Shown: positions 19,093 to 29,099, counted from the stretch's first letter. The stretch is DNA of 64,000 nucleotides from an uncultured Chloroflexia bacterium (GCA_963850035.1 CAWKJP010000022.1:12164-76163), one strand, 5' to 3'. Notes: generated by a model not told the origin, from the letters alone. Program-made: numbers and translations.

Positions 19093-20466
19093 CTACGTGA
19101 GCAGCGGCGCCAGGTCCACCTTGGTCGGCGTGACGATCAGGGTGTTGACCATCCCGAACATCCCCTCGGTCCCCTCGACGTGGGGCAGGATGTGGCAGTG
19201 GAAGGCCCACACGCCCGGCCGGTCCGCCGAGACAATGACGTCATAGCGTTCGCCGGGGTTGACGCCCAGCGTGTCGGCGTAGAACTCGGCCGTCCCCAGC
19301 CGCGTGGTGTCGCGCGCGACGACCCGCATCCGGTTCCCGTGGAGGTGCCACGGGTGCATCATGATTCCCTCGTTCATGAAGCGGATCAGGATCTTCTCGC
19401 CCTTGGCCGCCACGATCGGCACGACGGCCGGGAAGCCGTGGCCGTTGATCGTGAAGCCGCCAACCGTGTCGTTCGAGATCCAGGTGTACTCCTGGGTGAC
19501 TCCGAACTTCTTCGCGTAGCTCTCGGCGGGATCCTTGGGATCGACGATGAAGGCTGCCAGGAGGCCGCGCCCGACCTGGTCCGTGGCGTTGTGGTGCGAG
19601 TGGTACATCATCGAGCCGTGCGGCGTGGCCGTGAACTCGTACGTGTACGTCTCGCCGGGAGCGAACGGCTTCTGGGTGACGAATGGGACGCCGTCCTGGA
19701 AGAAGTCGTCGAACTCCACCCCGTGGAAATGGACGCCGGTCGTCTCCTGGAGATTGTTCGTGAAGACGGCTCGAACCCGGTCGCCCTCGGTCACCCGCAG
19801 CTGCGGGCCGGGCCAGATCTTGTTGTAGCCGAGGGCCTTGAGGGGGGCCTTCATGGCGTCGATCTTGTGGTCGATCGCGTCGACCGTCAGGTTGAAGACC
19901 TTCACGCCGTTGACGATCGTCGGCGCGACCTGCTCGTTCCCCTGGGGTACCTGCGCGAACTCGGGGATCGCCGTGAGCTCCGGGTAGTTGTCGGCGGCTC
20001 CGAGGATGTCCGCCAGCTTGGCGAACGCCGCATCGCCGTAGACGCCCTTGAGGGCAGGGGCGATCTTGCCGAGATAGCGCCGCACCACCTGGCGGGCGTT
20101 GACGTCGTGCTCGCTCCACCCGGGTGGGATGTTCGCGATCGCCGAGGCTGATGGCGCGGCGCTCGGGGCGGCCGACGGCGGCATGCTCATGCTGGCGACG
20201 GGCGACGCGGCGGCGCTCGCGGCCGCGGAGGCGTTCGGCACCGGGCTGCCGCTCGGTTGCGGCTTCGCGGTGGCGTACTGCCAGGCCTGGTTCGCGGCGG
20301 GTGCACAGGCCGCGACCGTCGCGGCCACGAGGCCGGTGCCCGCCAGCGCGGCGCCGCGGAGGAAGCCTCGCCGCGTGACGGCGACGTCGACGAGCCCCGG
20401 CGGCGTGCTCGGAGCGGCGTCCGGGTCGGGCGCTCGCTGGGAATCGTTGATCGTGACCGTCTCCAT
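19093..20466 (-). CDS. Tat-exported multicopper oxidase
   Basis: Twin-arginine motif TRRGFLRGAALAG. Copper-ligand motifs HFHG, HSHH, HPWHLHG, HCHILPHVEGTEGM. ATG 20466 is preceded by TACCAT-N8. Confidence 0.85.
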   Translation of the reverse strand: METVTINDSQRAPDPDAAPSTPPGLVDVAVTRRGFLRGAALAGTGLVAATVAACAPAANQAWQYATAKPQPSGSPVPNASAAASAAASPVASMSMPPSAAPSAAPSASAIANIPPGWSEHDVNARQVVRRYLGKIAPALKGVYGDAAFAKLADILGAADNYPELTAIPEFAQVPQGNEQVAPTIVNGVKVFNLTVDAIDHKIDAMKAPLKALGYNKIWPGPQLRVTEGDRVRAVFTNNLQETTGVHFHGVEFDDFFQDGVPFVTQKPFAPGETYTYEFTATPHGSMMYHSHHNATDQVGRGLLAAFIVDPKDPAESYAKKFGVTQEYTWISNDTVGGFTINGHGFPAVVPIVAAKGEKILIRFMNEGIMMHPWHLHGNRMRVVARDTTRLGTAEFYADTLGVNPGERYDVIVSADRPGVWAFHCHILPHVEGTEGMFGMVNTLIVTPTKVDLAPLLT

Positions 20467-20474
20467 GGGCCGGC

Positions 20475-20480
20475 ATGGTA
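20475..20480 (-). promoter_or_regulatory. candidate -10 hexamer of a leaderless promoter (TACCAT-N8-ATG, multicopper oxidase)
   Basis: Minus-strand TACCAT 8 nt upstream of ATG 20466. Confidence 0.4.
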
Positions 20481-20547
20481 CGCGTCGCCAGCGCCGCCTC
20501 ACCGGGACCTTTGTCACAATCAGGCGGGCCCGAGGGGCAAAACACAT

Positions 20548-20557
20548 GCGCATGCGC
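20548..20557. promoter_or_regulatory. 10-bp perfect palindrome GCGCATGCGC in the divergent multicopper oxidase / histidine kinase intergenic region
   Basis: Seen in the sequence. Function unknown. A short GC palindrome could arise by chance. Confidence 0.2.
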
Positions 20558-20671
20558 GCACCCTGCTCCGGAGCGCGATGCGAGCCCGCGGCGGTGCGCG
20601 ACGCTCGGCCACGGCGCCGGGAGGCGGCGCTCGCGTGGCGCGCGCGACCGGCCGTGGTAGCCGGAGCCTGC

Positions 20672-20677
20672 TACCCT
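20672..20677 (+). promoter_or_regulatory. candidate -10 hexamer of a leaderless promoter (TACCCT-N7-GTG, histidine kinase)
   Basis: TANNNT hexamer 7 nt upstream of GTG 20685. Confidence 0.4.
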
Positions 20678-20684
20678 CGGCGAT

Positions 20685-21977
20685 GTGACCGACGCCGCCG
20701 CGCCTCGCGCCGCCGATCCCGACGAACCCGCCCCCGGCCAGCCCGCCGGTGCGGACGAGTCGGCGCTGACCGCCGCCGAGACGCATCTCGCAACCGCGCT
20801 GGCCGCGGTCGCGTTCGCCGACGAGCGGCTCGCCGCCTTCGACGCCTCGATCCGCGCGATGTCGGGGCTCCTCGCGGTCGACCGCGTCCTCCAGGTCATC
20901 GTCGATCGCGTGCGCGAGCTCGTCGGGGCCGGGTATGCGGCCGTCGGGATCGTCGACGGCGAAGGGGTCATCGAGCAGTTCGTCACGAGCGGGATGCCGC
21001 GCGCCGAGCGAGAGCGGATCGGCGCGCTGCCACGGGGCCTGGGGATCCTCGGCCTGATCGTCCGCGAGAACCGGCCCTACCGGATCGCCGACCTGATGAC
21101 GGATCCCCGCCGCCACGGCTTCCCGCCGAACCACCCGGAGATGCACGCGTTCCTCGGGGTCCCGGTGACGATCCGCGGCCGGACGATCGGAAACCTGTAC
21201 CTGACCGAGAAGGACGGCGGCTTCAGCGACGCGGACCAGCAGATCGTCGAGCTTTTCGCCGGACACGCGGCCATCGCGATGGAGAATGCGCGGCTGCACG
21301 ACCAGGTCCAGCGGCTCGCGATCGTCGAGGAGCGCGAGCGCATCGGCCGCGACCTCCATGATGGCGTGATCCAGTCGATCTACGCCGTCGGCCTCACGCT
21401 GGAGGACGTCCCGGACCTGATGGTCGAGGACCCGGCGGAGGCGAGCCGGCGCGTCGAGCGGGCGATCGAGAGCCTGGACCAGACGATTCGCGACATCCGC
21501 AACTTCATCTTCGGGCTGCGGCCCCAGCTCATCGACGGCGTGGAGCTCGTGGAAGGGCTCGCGGCGCTCGCCGACGAGTTCCGCGTGAACACGATGGTCG
21601 ACGTGGAGCTGCGAGCCGGGCCGGCCACCGACGCGATGCCGCTGAGCACCGAGGAGACCTTCGAGGTCCTCTCCGTGGCCCGGGAAGCGCTGAGCAACAT
21701 CGCGCGCCACGCGAAGGCGACCCGGGCCGAGATCCAGGTCACCGCGGCCGGGCAGGGCCGGGGGCTCACGCTCACGATCGCCGACAACGGCACGGGCTTC
21801 GATCCGGAGGCGCCCCGTGGCCTGGGCCACCTCGGGCTCGCCAACATGGATGCCCGGATGAGCGGCGTGGGCGGCACGCTGGCGATCGAAAGCTCGTCCG
21901 ATCGCGGGACGCGTATCATCGTGCGCATACCCGGTGATACGTCGGTCGGAGAGACGGAGGACCGCGCCGGGGCGTGA
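20685..21977 (+). CDS. GAF-domain sensor histidine kinase (HisKA_3 / NarL-partner type)
   Basis: GAF-like region (VGIVDGEG...GFPPNHPEMHAFLGVPV...GNLYL). H-box ERERIGRDLHDGVIQ. N-box EALSNIARHA. DNGTGF. Confidence 0.85.
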   Translation: MTDAAAPRAADPDEPAPGQPAGADESALTAAETHLATALAAVAFADERLAAFDASIRAMSGLLAVDRVLQVIVDRVRELVGAGYAAVGIVDGEGVIEQFVTSGMPRAERERIGALPRGLGILGLIVRENRPYRIADLMTDPRRHGFPPNHPEMHAFLGVPVTIRGRTIGNLYLTEKDGGFSDADQQIVELFAGHAAIAMENARLHDQVQRLAIVEERERIGRDLHDGVIQSIYAVGLTLEDVPDLMVEDPAEASRRVERAIESLDQTIRDIRNFIFGLRPQLIDGVELVEGLAALADEFRVNTMVDVELRAGPATDAMPLSTEETFEVLSVAREALSNIARHAKATRAEIQVTAAGQGRGLTLTIADNGTGFDPEAPRGLGHLGLANMDARMSGVGGTLAIESSSDRGTRIIVRIPGDTSVGETEDRAGA

Positions 21978-22002
21978 ACCGCCACGGAGGCCCACCCCGA
22001 CC

Positions 22003-22677
22003 ATGACCGAGCAGTCCGAACCGCGTCCCCTTCGCCTGCTCGTCGTGGACGACCACGAGGTGGTCCGACAGGGTCTGGTCGCTCTGATCGATCGTCGCGA
22101 GAAGTTCCAGGTCGTCGCCGAGGCGGGCACCGTCGAGGAGGCCCTGGACGCCGCGCGCCGGTTCCAGCCGGACCTCGTGATCATGGACGTCCGCCTCCCG
22201 GATGGATCGGGGATCGAGGCCTGCCGCGAGATCCGGGCCGAGCTGCCCAACACGCGCGTCGTGATGCTGACGAGCTACCCCGACGAGGAGGCGGTGCTCT
22301 CCGCGATCATCGCCGGCGCCTCCGGCTATCTCCTCAAGCAGATCCGTGCCCGCGATCTCGTCAACGCCCTGGAGGCCGTTGGGCGCGGCGAGTCGCTCCT
22401 GGACCCGGCGGTCACCGAGAAGGTCCTGGAGCGCGTGCGCCGGATCGCATCGGGGACCTACACGGACGAGCTCGCCCAGCTGACGGCGCAGGAGCAGAAG
22501 ATCCTCCAGCTCGTCGCCGAGGGGAAGACGAACAAGGAGATCGCCTCCGAGGTCTTCCTCTCCGACAAGACGGTCAAGAACTACGTCAGCTCGATCCTCT
22601 CGAAGCTGAACCTGCAGCGCCGCGCCCAGGCCGCGGCGTTCGTCGCGAAGCACCGCCTCCCGGGCTCCGGAACCTAG
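22003..22677 (+). CDS. NarL/LuxR-family response regulator
   Basis: Receiver motifs LLVVDDHEVV and DLVIMDVRLPDGSG. HTH LTAQEQKILQLVAEGKTNKEIASEVFLSDKTVKNYVSSILSKL. Confidence 0.9.
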   Translation: MTEQSEPRPLRLLVVDDHEVVRQGLVALIDRREKFQVVAEAGTVEEALDAARRFQPDLVIMDVRLPDGSGIEACREIRAELPNTRVVMLTSYPDEEAVLSAIIAGASGYLLKQIRARDLVNALEAVGRGESLLDPAVTEKVLERVRRIASGTYTDELAQLTAQEQKILQLVAEGKTNKEIASEVFLSDKTVKNYVSSILSKLNLQRRAQAAAFVAKHRLPGSGT

Positions 22678-22720
22678 GGCCGGCCCCGGCGGGTCGTGCC
22701 GGGTCGTTCGGGGGGGGCGG

Positions 22721-23317
22721 TCAGCGACGCCGGAAGAGGCCGCGTGGCTCGTCGACGCGCGCCGGGCCACCCCGGCGTCCGGCCCGCCGCAGGAGCGCAT
22801 CCACCTCGGCTCGGTAGCGCCGGCCGATGGACATGCGGTCCAGCCACTCGAGGTAGGCGATGTCGGAGCGCGCGATCTCGCCCAGCGACCAGCCCGCGTA
22901 GCGCCCGAAGTCGAGCCGGCTCCCCGACGCGTTCCCCGGCGGCGGCCCGGCGGACCCCGTCTCCTCGGGCCGCGCGCCGGCTGCTGCTGACGCGGTCGTC
23001 GATCCGACCGGACCACGTGCGCCGCCGCGGCGCTCGCGATCGAGCTGCGCCCGGCGAGCCGGGTCGAGCAGGATGTCGCGGGCCCGGTTGAGCGCCACCA
23101 TCGTCGTGGCGGCCTCCGGGCCTGCCGCGACATCCGGGTGGTAGCGACGGGCCAGCCGCCGATAGGCCGCCTCGATGATCTCCGGGTCAGCCTCCGGATC
23201 GACCTGGAGCAGCTTGTACGGGTCGGTCGGCGGCGCCACCGGGCCATGCTGGACGGTCCCCGGCGCGTTCGTCAACCCGGACCCGGACGGCGTCCTCGCG
23301 GCGTCCCGCGGAGGCAT
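22721..23317 (-). CDS. J-domain (DnaJ-like) protein with distinct C-terminal domain
   Basis: DPYKLLQV...AYRRLARRYHPD (HPD motif). C-terminal FGRYAGWSLGEIARSDIAYLEWL resembles the FGKYKG...YL.WL motif of DUF3820-like domains (from memory, unverified). Confidence 0.7.
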   Translation of the reverse strand: MPPRDAARTPSGSGLTNAPGTVQHGPVAPPTDPYKLLQVDPEADPEIIEAAYRRLARRYHPDVAAGPEAATTMVALNRARDILLDPARRAQLDRERRGGARGPVGSTTASAAAGARPEETGSAGPPPGNASGSRLDFGRYAGWSLGEIARSDIAYLEWLDRMSIGRRYRAEVDALLRRAGRRGGPARVDEPRGLFRRR

Positions 23318-23335
23318 CCATCAAGCGCCCGTGGA

Positions 23336-24394
23336 TCAGGCGCGGACCTCCTGGCGCATGAACGCGACGTAGGCGAGCGCGAAGCAGACGACGCTCAGGG
23401 CCACGATCGCGAGGACCTGCGGCCCCACCACGAGCAGGCTCTGGTCGAGCGACAGGACCGAGCCGGGCGCGCCCTGCTGGGCGACCGCCACGCGCTGGTC
23501 GATCGTCAGGATCCCCGAGGTCACGTGCGGGTCCAGGATGGCCTGGGTCGCGATCTGGAACATGCCGTCCGGGCTGATCCTTGTGAGCGCGTCCTGGAGG
23601 TGGCCGTTCGCGATCACCTCGGCCCTCGTCGGCGTGGAGCTGAGCGGCGAGAGCAGCCCGACCACGGTCGAGATCAGGAGGCCGCCGAAGAGCGAGACGA
23701 CGAGCCACGCGGAGATGGCGACGAGGGCCGACGATGCGGCCCGGCGCATGACGACCGAGCAGAGCGTGGCCAGGGCCAGCCAGAAGCCGATGTAGACGAT
23801 GGCGACGACGTACCAGACCACGAGGCGTGCCACGTCCTCGGCCGTGGGGACCACGCCGAGCTGGATGACGCCCCATGCCGCGATCATCAGGAGCACCGCG
23901 CCCAGCGCGATACCGATCGCCGCGAGGCCCGCCGCGAACTTGCCGTTGATCACGTCATCGCGGTAGATCGGCTGCGCGAGCAGCCGGGGGAGGGTCCGGT
24001 CGGAGCGCTCGCGGTTCACGGCGTCGAACCCGAAGGCGATTCCGAGCAGCGGTGCGAGGAGCGAGATCAGGGCCACGAACGACGGGAGCGGCGTGTTGGC
24101 CGACTGCTGGGTGGCTGCCGCGATGTCCGACGCGCTGAGCGTGAAGAGGAGCGGGAACAGGCTCTCGGTCGTGCCGACGCCGGACGCGACGCTCGTGATC
24201 TGCTGCGACACCGAATAGACGGCGGACGCTCCCGCAAGGCCCAGCACCACGAACAGCACCACGAAGCGGGTGCTCCCGAGGTGGTCGGCGAGCTCCTTCC
24301 CGGCAACGATGCGCCAGCCGCCCGACGGGGGCCTCGCCTCCGACCGTTGCCGGGCGCGCTCCGGTTCGGCCGGGGCGGTTGTCGACGCGCTCAT
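23336..24394 (-). CDS. ABC-2-type transporter permease
   Basis: 352 aa with multiple hydrophobic helices. Lies directly downstream of the ABC ATPase gene on the same strand. Confidence 0.6.
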   Translation of the reverse strand: MSASTTAPAEPERARQRSEARPPSGGWRIVAGKELADHLGSTRFVVLFVVLGLAGASAVYSVSQQITSVASGVGTTESLFPLLFTLSASDIAAATQQSANTPLPSFVALISLLAPLLGIAFGFDAVNRERSDRTLPRLLAQPIYRDDVINGKFAAGLAAIGIALGAVLLMIAAWGVIQLGVVPTAEDVARLVVWYVVAIVYIGFWLALATLCSVVMRRAASSALVAISAWLVVSLFGGLLISTVVGLLSPLSSTPTRAEVIANGHLQDALTRISPDGMFQIATQAILDPHVTSGILTIDQRVAVAQQGAPGSVLSLDQSLLVVGPQVLAIVALSVVCFALAYVAFMRQEVRA

Positions 24395-24412
24395 CGAGGG
24401 TCTCCGGCGTCT

Positions 24413-25549
24413 TCATCGTCCGGTCCGGGGTCGTGGGGCTCGTGCCGGCGGCTTCCGGGACGTCCCGGCGCCCGCCGGATCGATCGTCGCGGCGCCGGGG
24501 CGACGCTCGTCCTGCGAGACGCCCGGCGGCTCGCCGGGAGCCTCGGCCGCGGCGTGGACGAGCCTCGCGTAGATGGCGTCCAGGCGCTCCTCGCGCGTCC
24601 GAAGATGGGTCGGGCGGAGCCCCGCCGAGGCGAGCGCCACTGCCAGCCCGCCAGCGATCCCGGGCGCGCCGGTGACCAGGACGCGGCCCGGCGCCATCGT
24701 GTCCGGTGTCACCGACGTCACCCCGGCGGCACCGTGCAGGCTTGCGGTCATGCTCTCGATGCCCGCCGGGCGGCCGTCGGCGGCCTGGGCCCCGACCTCG
24801 ACGACGTCCTGCGTCCGCGAGACCTCGCTCGCGAGGTCCCTGACCGAGCCCTCGGCGATGAGGCGGCCACGGTAGAAGATCCCGACCCGCTGGCAGATCG
24901 CCTGGACCTGGTCGAGCAGGTGAGAGGAGAGAAGGACGGCGATCCGTCGCTCCTTGGCGATCCGCTCGATGAGCGCGAGGAGCTCCACGACGCCCTCGGG
25001 ATCGAGCGACGCGGTCGGCTCGTCGAGGATCAGGACGGACGGATCCTTGAGCAGCGCGTCCGCCACGCCGAGCCGCTGGCGCATGCCCCGGGAGAACGTG
25101 TCGACCTTCTCGCCGGCGACCTCCGAGAGGCCGACCTGTGCCAGCAGGTCGGTGATCCGCGTCGCCGCCACGGCGTTCGGCACGCGGTTCAGGCGCCCCG
25201 TGTAGGCAAGGTTCTCGCGCGCGCTCAACCCATCGTAGAAGCCGACCGTGTCGGGCATGTAGCCGACGTGGCGCTTGACCTCCAGCGGGTCGCGCATCGG
25301 GTCGACGCCGACCACCCGCGCCTCGCCGGAGGTCGGCTCGGTGAGGCCGAGGAGCATGAGGACGGTCGTGGTCTTGCCGGCCCCGTTGGGACCAAGCAGC
25401 CCGAACACCTCGCCCGGCCGGACCTCGAAGCTCAGGTCGTCCACCGCCACGTGCGTGCCGTAGCGCTTCGTCAGGTTCCGGGCTTCGATCACCGCCTCGA
25501 CCGTCGCGTCGCGCCCGCCCTCTGCGGGCGGAGATGGCTGGGTGAGCAT
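24413..25549 (-). CDS. ABC transporter ATP-binding protein with ~100-aa C-terminal extension
   Basis: [31 protein letters not shown]. Confidence 0.9.
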   Translation of the reverse strand: MLTQPSPPAEGGRDATVEAVIEARNLTKRYGTHVAVDDLSFEVRPGEVFGLLGPNGAGKTTTVLMLLGLTEPTSGEARVVGVDPMRDPLEVKRHVGYMPDTVGFYDGLSARENLAYTGRLNRVPNAVAATRITDLLAQVGLSEVAGEKVDTFSRGMRQRLGVADALLKDPSVLILDEPTASLDPEGVVELLALIERIAKERRIAVLLSSHLLDQVQAICQRVGIFYRGRLIAEGSVRDLASEVSRTQDVVEVGAQAADGRPAGIESMTASLHGAAGVTSVTPDTMAPGRVLVTGAPGIAGGLAVALASAGLRPTHLRTREERLDAIYARLVHAAAEAPGEPPGVSQDERRPGAATIDPAGAGTSRKPPARAPRPRTGR

Positions 25550-25552
25550 CGG

Positions 25553-26758
25553 TCAGCGACGCCCGAACCGCCCGAAGACCCAGCTCAGGCCGACCAGCAC
25601 GAGCAGGATGATCGCCCCGCCGACGACGAGCCAGTTGAGCCCGACCTGCACCGTCACCCGGACGGTCTGGCTGGCCGTGGCTCCGGGGACGCTCCCGCTG
25701 GTCGGCGCGCTCACGGTGAACGCGATCGTGTAGTCGCCCGCCACCGCGTTCCCGGCCGGCGTGATCGTGGCGGTCACGTTCTGGCTCTTGCCCGGGGCCA
25801 GGCTCGCGATCGTTGCCGCGTCGAAGGTCGCCGTCCAGCCCGTCGGCGGCGTGGCGCTGACGGTGAGGTTGGCCAGGGGCCCGGACCCCGTGTTCTGGAC
25901 CACCCAGACGTACGCCTTCCCGCTGCCCGGCTGCGCGGAGGTCTGGAGCGTCTCGTCCGCCGTCTGCGTGAGCGAGACCGTGTAGCTCCCGGTGATCGTC
26001 ACCGGGAGGATGACCGGGTCGGGCTGCACGCTGCCGTCGCTTGTCGTGTCGACCTCCACCTTGTAGTCGCCGGCGGTCGCCGTGGTCGGTGAGACCACGC
26101 TGACGGTCACGCTGCCGGTGCTGGCTGCGGCAACCTGCAGGCTGGTTGCCTGGCTGGACCCTCCCGGCTGTGCGTTGACCTGCCAGCCGTCGGGCTGCTG
26201 GGTGGAGAACGTGAACGTCGTGTCGCGCGGGGTGTTGTTGTGGAGCGTCAGGTTGAACGTGAGCGATCCGCCGGCCGCCACCTTCTGGCCCGTCGGCGGG
26301 TCGATGATGACGCTGCCGCCCGCGCCGCCCTCGATCCGGAGCCGGAGCGGAAGGTCCGCGGCCAGACCCCCGGCGGTGGCGTGGACGGTCATCGAGATGA
26401 GGCCGGTGGCGTCCGGCGGGAGCGTGACGTCGAGGCTGACGCTCGCCGGCTTCCCGGACTCGGCCTGGACCGCGTCAACCGTGAAGCCTCCGCCGGTGAG
26501 CCGCGCGGAGCCGCCCTGCGGGACCCCGTCGACGGCCAGCGCGACCGTCCGCGTCGCGTCGGTCGTGATCGTGAGCGGGAACGTGACGCTCGCCCCCGGC
26601 TGGGCCGCAACGCTCGGGTAGGGGGTCGTCACGCTCAGAGGATCAGCCGCGGCGACCACCGGGACGAGGGCCGTGGCCGGCAGGAAAAGGGCAACGCCAA
26701 GCGGGAGCAACGTTGCGAGCAGGCCGGCGCGCAGCCGGCGATGCGTGACGCGGTTCAT
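25553..26758 (-). CDS. cell-surface protein with repeated NEW3-like beta-sandwich modules and C-terminal membrane anchor
   Basis: ATG 26758 (GGAGG RBS) inside ORF 25553..27088. Signal peptide. Repeated modules ending in patterns such as TATAGDYKVEV and NAVAGDYTIAF. C-terminal TM helix LVVGGAIILLVLVGLSWVF. Confidence 0.6.
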   Translation of the reverse strand: MNRVTHRRLRAGLLATLLPLGVALFLPATALVPVVAAADPLSVTTPYPSVAAQPGASVTFPLTITTDATRTVALAVDGVPQGGSARLTGGGFTVDAVQAESGKPASVSLDVTLPPDATGLISMTVHATAGGLAADLPLRLRIEGGAGGSVIIDPPTGQKVAAGGSLTFNLTLHNNTPRDTTFTFSTQQPDGWQVNAQPGGSSQATSLQVAAASTGSVTVSVVSPTTATAGDYKVEVDTTSDGSVQPDPVILPVTITGSYTVSLTQTADETLQTSAQPGSGKAYVWVVQNTGSGPLANLTVSATPPTGWTATFDAATIASLAPGKSQNVTATITPAGNAVAGDYTIAFTVSAPTSGSVPGATASQTVRVTVQVGLNWLVVGGAIILLVLVGLSWVFGRFGRR

Positions 26759-27123
26759 GAGTCCTCCGTGCAGCCGGTTCGAGCAAAGGGGCTGGGAGCG
26801 CATTCTGACGATGCCTCTGGGCATGCGGGCGGTCGTCACCCGCGGCCATGTGCGCCATGGGCCGACCGATCGCGCAGCATAGCGGAGCACGGGCGAGGAT
26901 CGGCGAAGACTCGGTGGACGTTTCGCAACCTGCCCGACCGGACGGCAAGCGGGTGCGAGCACCTGCCCATCGACGCCGCGCTCGAGCCGCGACGCCGCAC
27001 CGCTGCGCCGGCCCGGTCGAACGCCGGTGTCAGCGCATCCGCCCCGGCCTTCGGGCCCGATGGGGTCGGGCAACGGGCCGGTCGGCACAGTTGCACCGCA
27101 GAAGGCCCTCCCAGACTGCGGCC

Positions 27124-28395
27124 ATGAAGCTCGTGACGCCAGGCGAGGCCGTCGCCGGGATCCGGTCGGGTGACCGGGTCTACGTCCAGTGTGCGTCGGC
27201 TGCGCCGTCGGCCCTGCTCGACGCGCTCGTGGCGCGCGCCCCGGAGCTGCGGGACGTGGACATCGTCCACCTCCACATCGAGGGGCCGGGTCCGCATCTC
27301 GCGCCCGAGATGGCCGGCCATTTCCGCCACACGGCGCTCTTCATCGGCCCGAACGCCCGCGCCGCGGTGAACGAGGGCCGCGCCGACTACGTGCCCGTGT
27401 TCCTGTCGGACGTGCCGCACCTCTTCGACGCCGGACTCCTCCCGCTGGACGCGGTCCTGTGCAATGTCTCGCTGCCCGACGAGCATGGGTACTGCTCGCT
27501 CGGCACCTCGGTCGAGGCGATGCAGTCCGCGATCCGCGCCGCGAAGACGGTGATCGCCCAGCTGAACGCGGCGATGCCGCGGACCCTGGGCGAGAGCTTC
27601 ATCCACGTCTCGCAGATCGACCTCGCGGTCGAGGTGGCGATCCCGCCGTACCTCCGGCCGGATGGCGCGATCGACCCGGTGGAGCGCCGGATCGGGGAGT
27701 TCGTCGCGGACCTGGTCCCGGACGGGGCGACGCTCCAGATGGGGATCGGGGCGATCCCGACCGCGGTGGCGCTCTGCCTCCGCGACAAGCACGACCTCGG
27801 GATCCACACCGAGCTGATGACCGACTGCGTCGTGGACCTCGTCGAGGCGGGCGCGGTGACCGGCCTTGCCAAGGAGCGCAACCGCGGCAAGATCGTGGCC
27901 ACGTTCATGATGGGGACCGAGAAGCTGTACCGGTTCGTTCACGACAACCCGATGGTGGAGATGCGGGCCACTGACTTCACCAACGACACGCACGTGATCC
28001 GGAGCTTCAGCCGGATGACCGCGATCAACTCGGCGATCGCGATCGACCTGACGGGCCAGGTCTGCGCCGATTCGATCGGCTGGCGCCTCTACAGCGGCGT
28101 CGGCGGGCAGATGGACTTCATTCGCGGCGCCGCGCTCGCGACGAATGGCCGGCCGATCATCGCGCTCCCGTCGACCGCGGCCGGCGGGACGCTCTCGCGG
28201 ATCACGCCGTTCCTCGCCGAGGGCGCCGGCGTGGTGACGACCCGGGCCCACGTCCGGACGGTCGTCACCGAGTGGGGCGTCGCCGAGCTCTTCGGGAAGT
28301 CCATCCGCGAGCGCGCCGCCGCCCTGATCGGCATCGCGCACCCGGATTTCCGCGACGAGCTGACCGTCCAGGCGCGCCGGACGCACTATCTCTAG
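27124..28395 (+). CDS. acetyl-CoA hydrolase/transferase family protein (4-hydroxybutyrate or succinyl-CoA:acetate CoA-transferase-like)
   Basis: MKLVTPGEAVAGIRSGDRVYV..., ATLQMGIGAIP, FMMGT.KLY.F.HDNP, GGQMDFIRGA. Confidence 0.8.
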   Translation: MKLVTPGEAVAGIRSGDRVYVQCASAAPSALLDALVARAPELRDVDIVHLHIEGPGPHLAPEMAGHFRHTALFIGPNARAAVNEGRADYVPVFLSDVPHLFDAGLLPLDAVLCNVSLPDEHGYCSLGTSVEAMQSAIRAAKTVIAQLNAAMPRTLGESFIHVSQIDLAVEVAIPPYLRPDGAIDPVERRIGEFVADLVPDGATLQMGIGAIPTAVALCLRDKHDLGIHTELMTDCVVDLVEAGAVTGLAKERNRGKIVATFMMGTEKLYRFVHDNPMVEMRATDFTNDTHVIRSFSRMTAINSAIAIDLTGQVCADSIGWRLYSGVGGQMDFIRGAALATNGRPIIALPSTAAGGTLSRITPFLAEGAGVVTTRAHVRTVVTEWGVAELFGKSIRERAAALIGIAHPDFRDELTVQARRTHYL

Positions 28396-28566
28396 GCGGG
28401 TGGCGGGCGCCAGCCGTCGCGGAGCGCTCGAGGCCGAGTCCCAGGGCGTTCGCGACGGGGGATCGCACGTCAGGGCAGCGGCCGATTCGACGAGCCGTGG
28501 GCGGTTTCCGGCGGTGCCTCGCGGCCGCAATTCCGGCGCCGCGTCAGCTTGTCCCGAAGACAGGTA

Positions 28567-28603
28567 GTGGTGGACATCGCGCGTCCCCTGCGACGTCCAC
28601 CAC
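28567..28603 (+). other. strong hairpin in the 317-bp region between the CoA-transferase gene and the receiver-PFOR operon
   Basis: GTGGTGGACATCGC / GCGACGTCCACCAC, 13 bp plus one A-C mismatch, loop about 7-9 nt. Could be a terminator for the upstream gene or a leader structure for the downstream operon. Confidence 0.4.
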
Positions 28604-28712
28604 GCTCCGCAGTGTGGCCTGCAGATCGCGACCCTTGGCAGGGCCGAATGGCCCCCTTCTTGGGGCCGGTGCGCGGGTGCCCGGCCAAGAGGCCCGGGGC
28701 GACGCTACCAGC

Positions 28713-29099
28713 ATGTTCCAGCCCTATCCACAACCGGTGCGCCGGCTTCTCATCGTGAGCGACCACCTCGGCGCTTCCGATGCGCTCGCCGCACACCTGA
28801 ACCGGCACGGCTTCGCCGTCGTCGGCGAGGTGAGGTCGGCCGGCTCGGCAGTCCTCGCGGCGCGGACGTGCGCGCCGGACCTCGTCCTCGTCGACGGCGC
28901 GCTCCGGGGCGGCTGGCGCGCGGTGGCGGACGCCCTCGACGGCGTCACGCCCCGTGATCACATCGTCGTCCTTGCCGCGTACCTGGGTGCAGACGAAGCC
29001 CGGGAGGCCCGGGCTGCGGGCATCGGCGCGACAATCCTGAAGCATGTTGAAGGCGGCAGTCTCGCCAGCCGTCTTCTGGCAATCGGAGGTCCAGCATGA
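28713..29099 (+). CDS. stand-alone receiver (CheY-like) domain protein with a degenerate active site
   Basis: LLIVSDH (only one of the usual two acidic residues), DLVLVDGAL (acceptor Asp position), VVLAAY (Thr/Ser position is Ala), ATILKH (Lys). The stop overlaps the PFOR start (ATGA). Confidence 0.6.
   Translation: MFQPYPQPVRRLLIVSDHLGASDALAAHLNRHGFAVVGEVRSAGSAVLAARTCAPDLVLVDGALRGGWRAVADALDGVTPRDHIVVLAAYLGADEAREARAAGIGATILKHVEGGSLASRLLAIGGPA

Noticed and set aside
26770-26790. GGTTCGAG-type strings (here and at about 9961) checked as possible tRNA T-arms.
   Set aside because: No acceptor stem, anticodon arm or GTTCRANYC context could be built around them. One lies inside a coding sequence. 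No tRNA is called.
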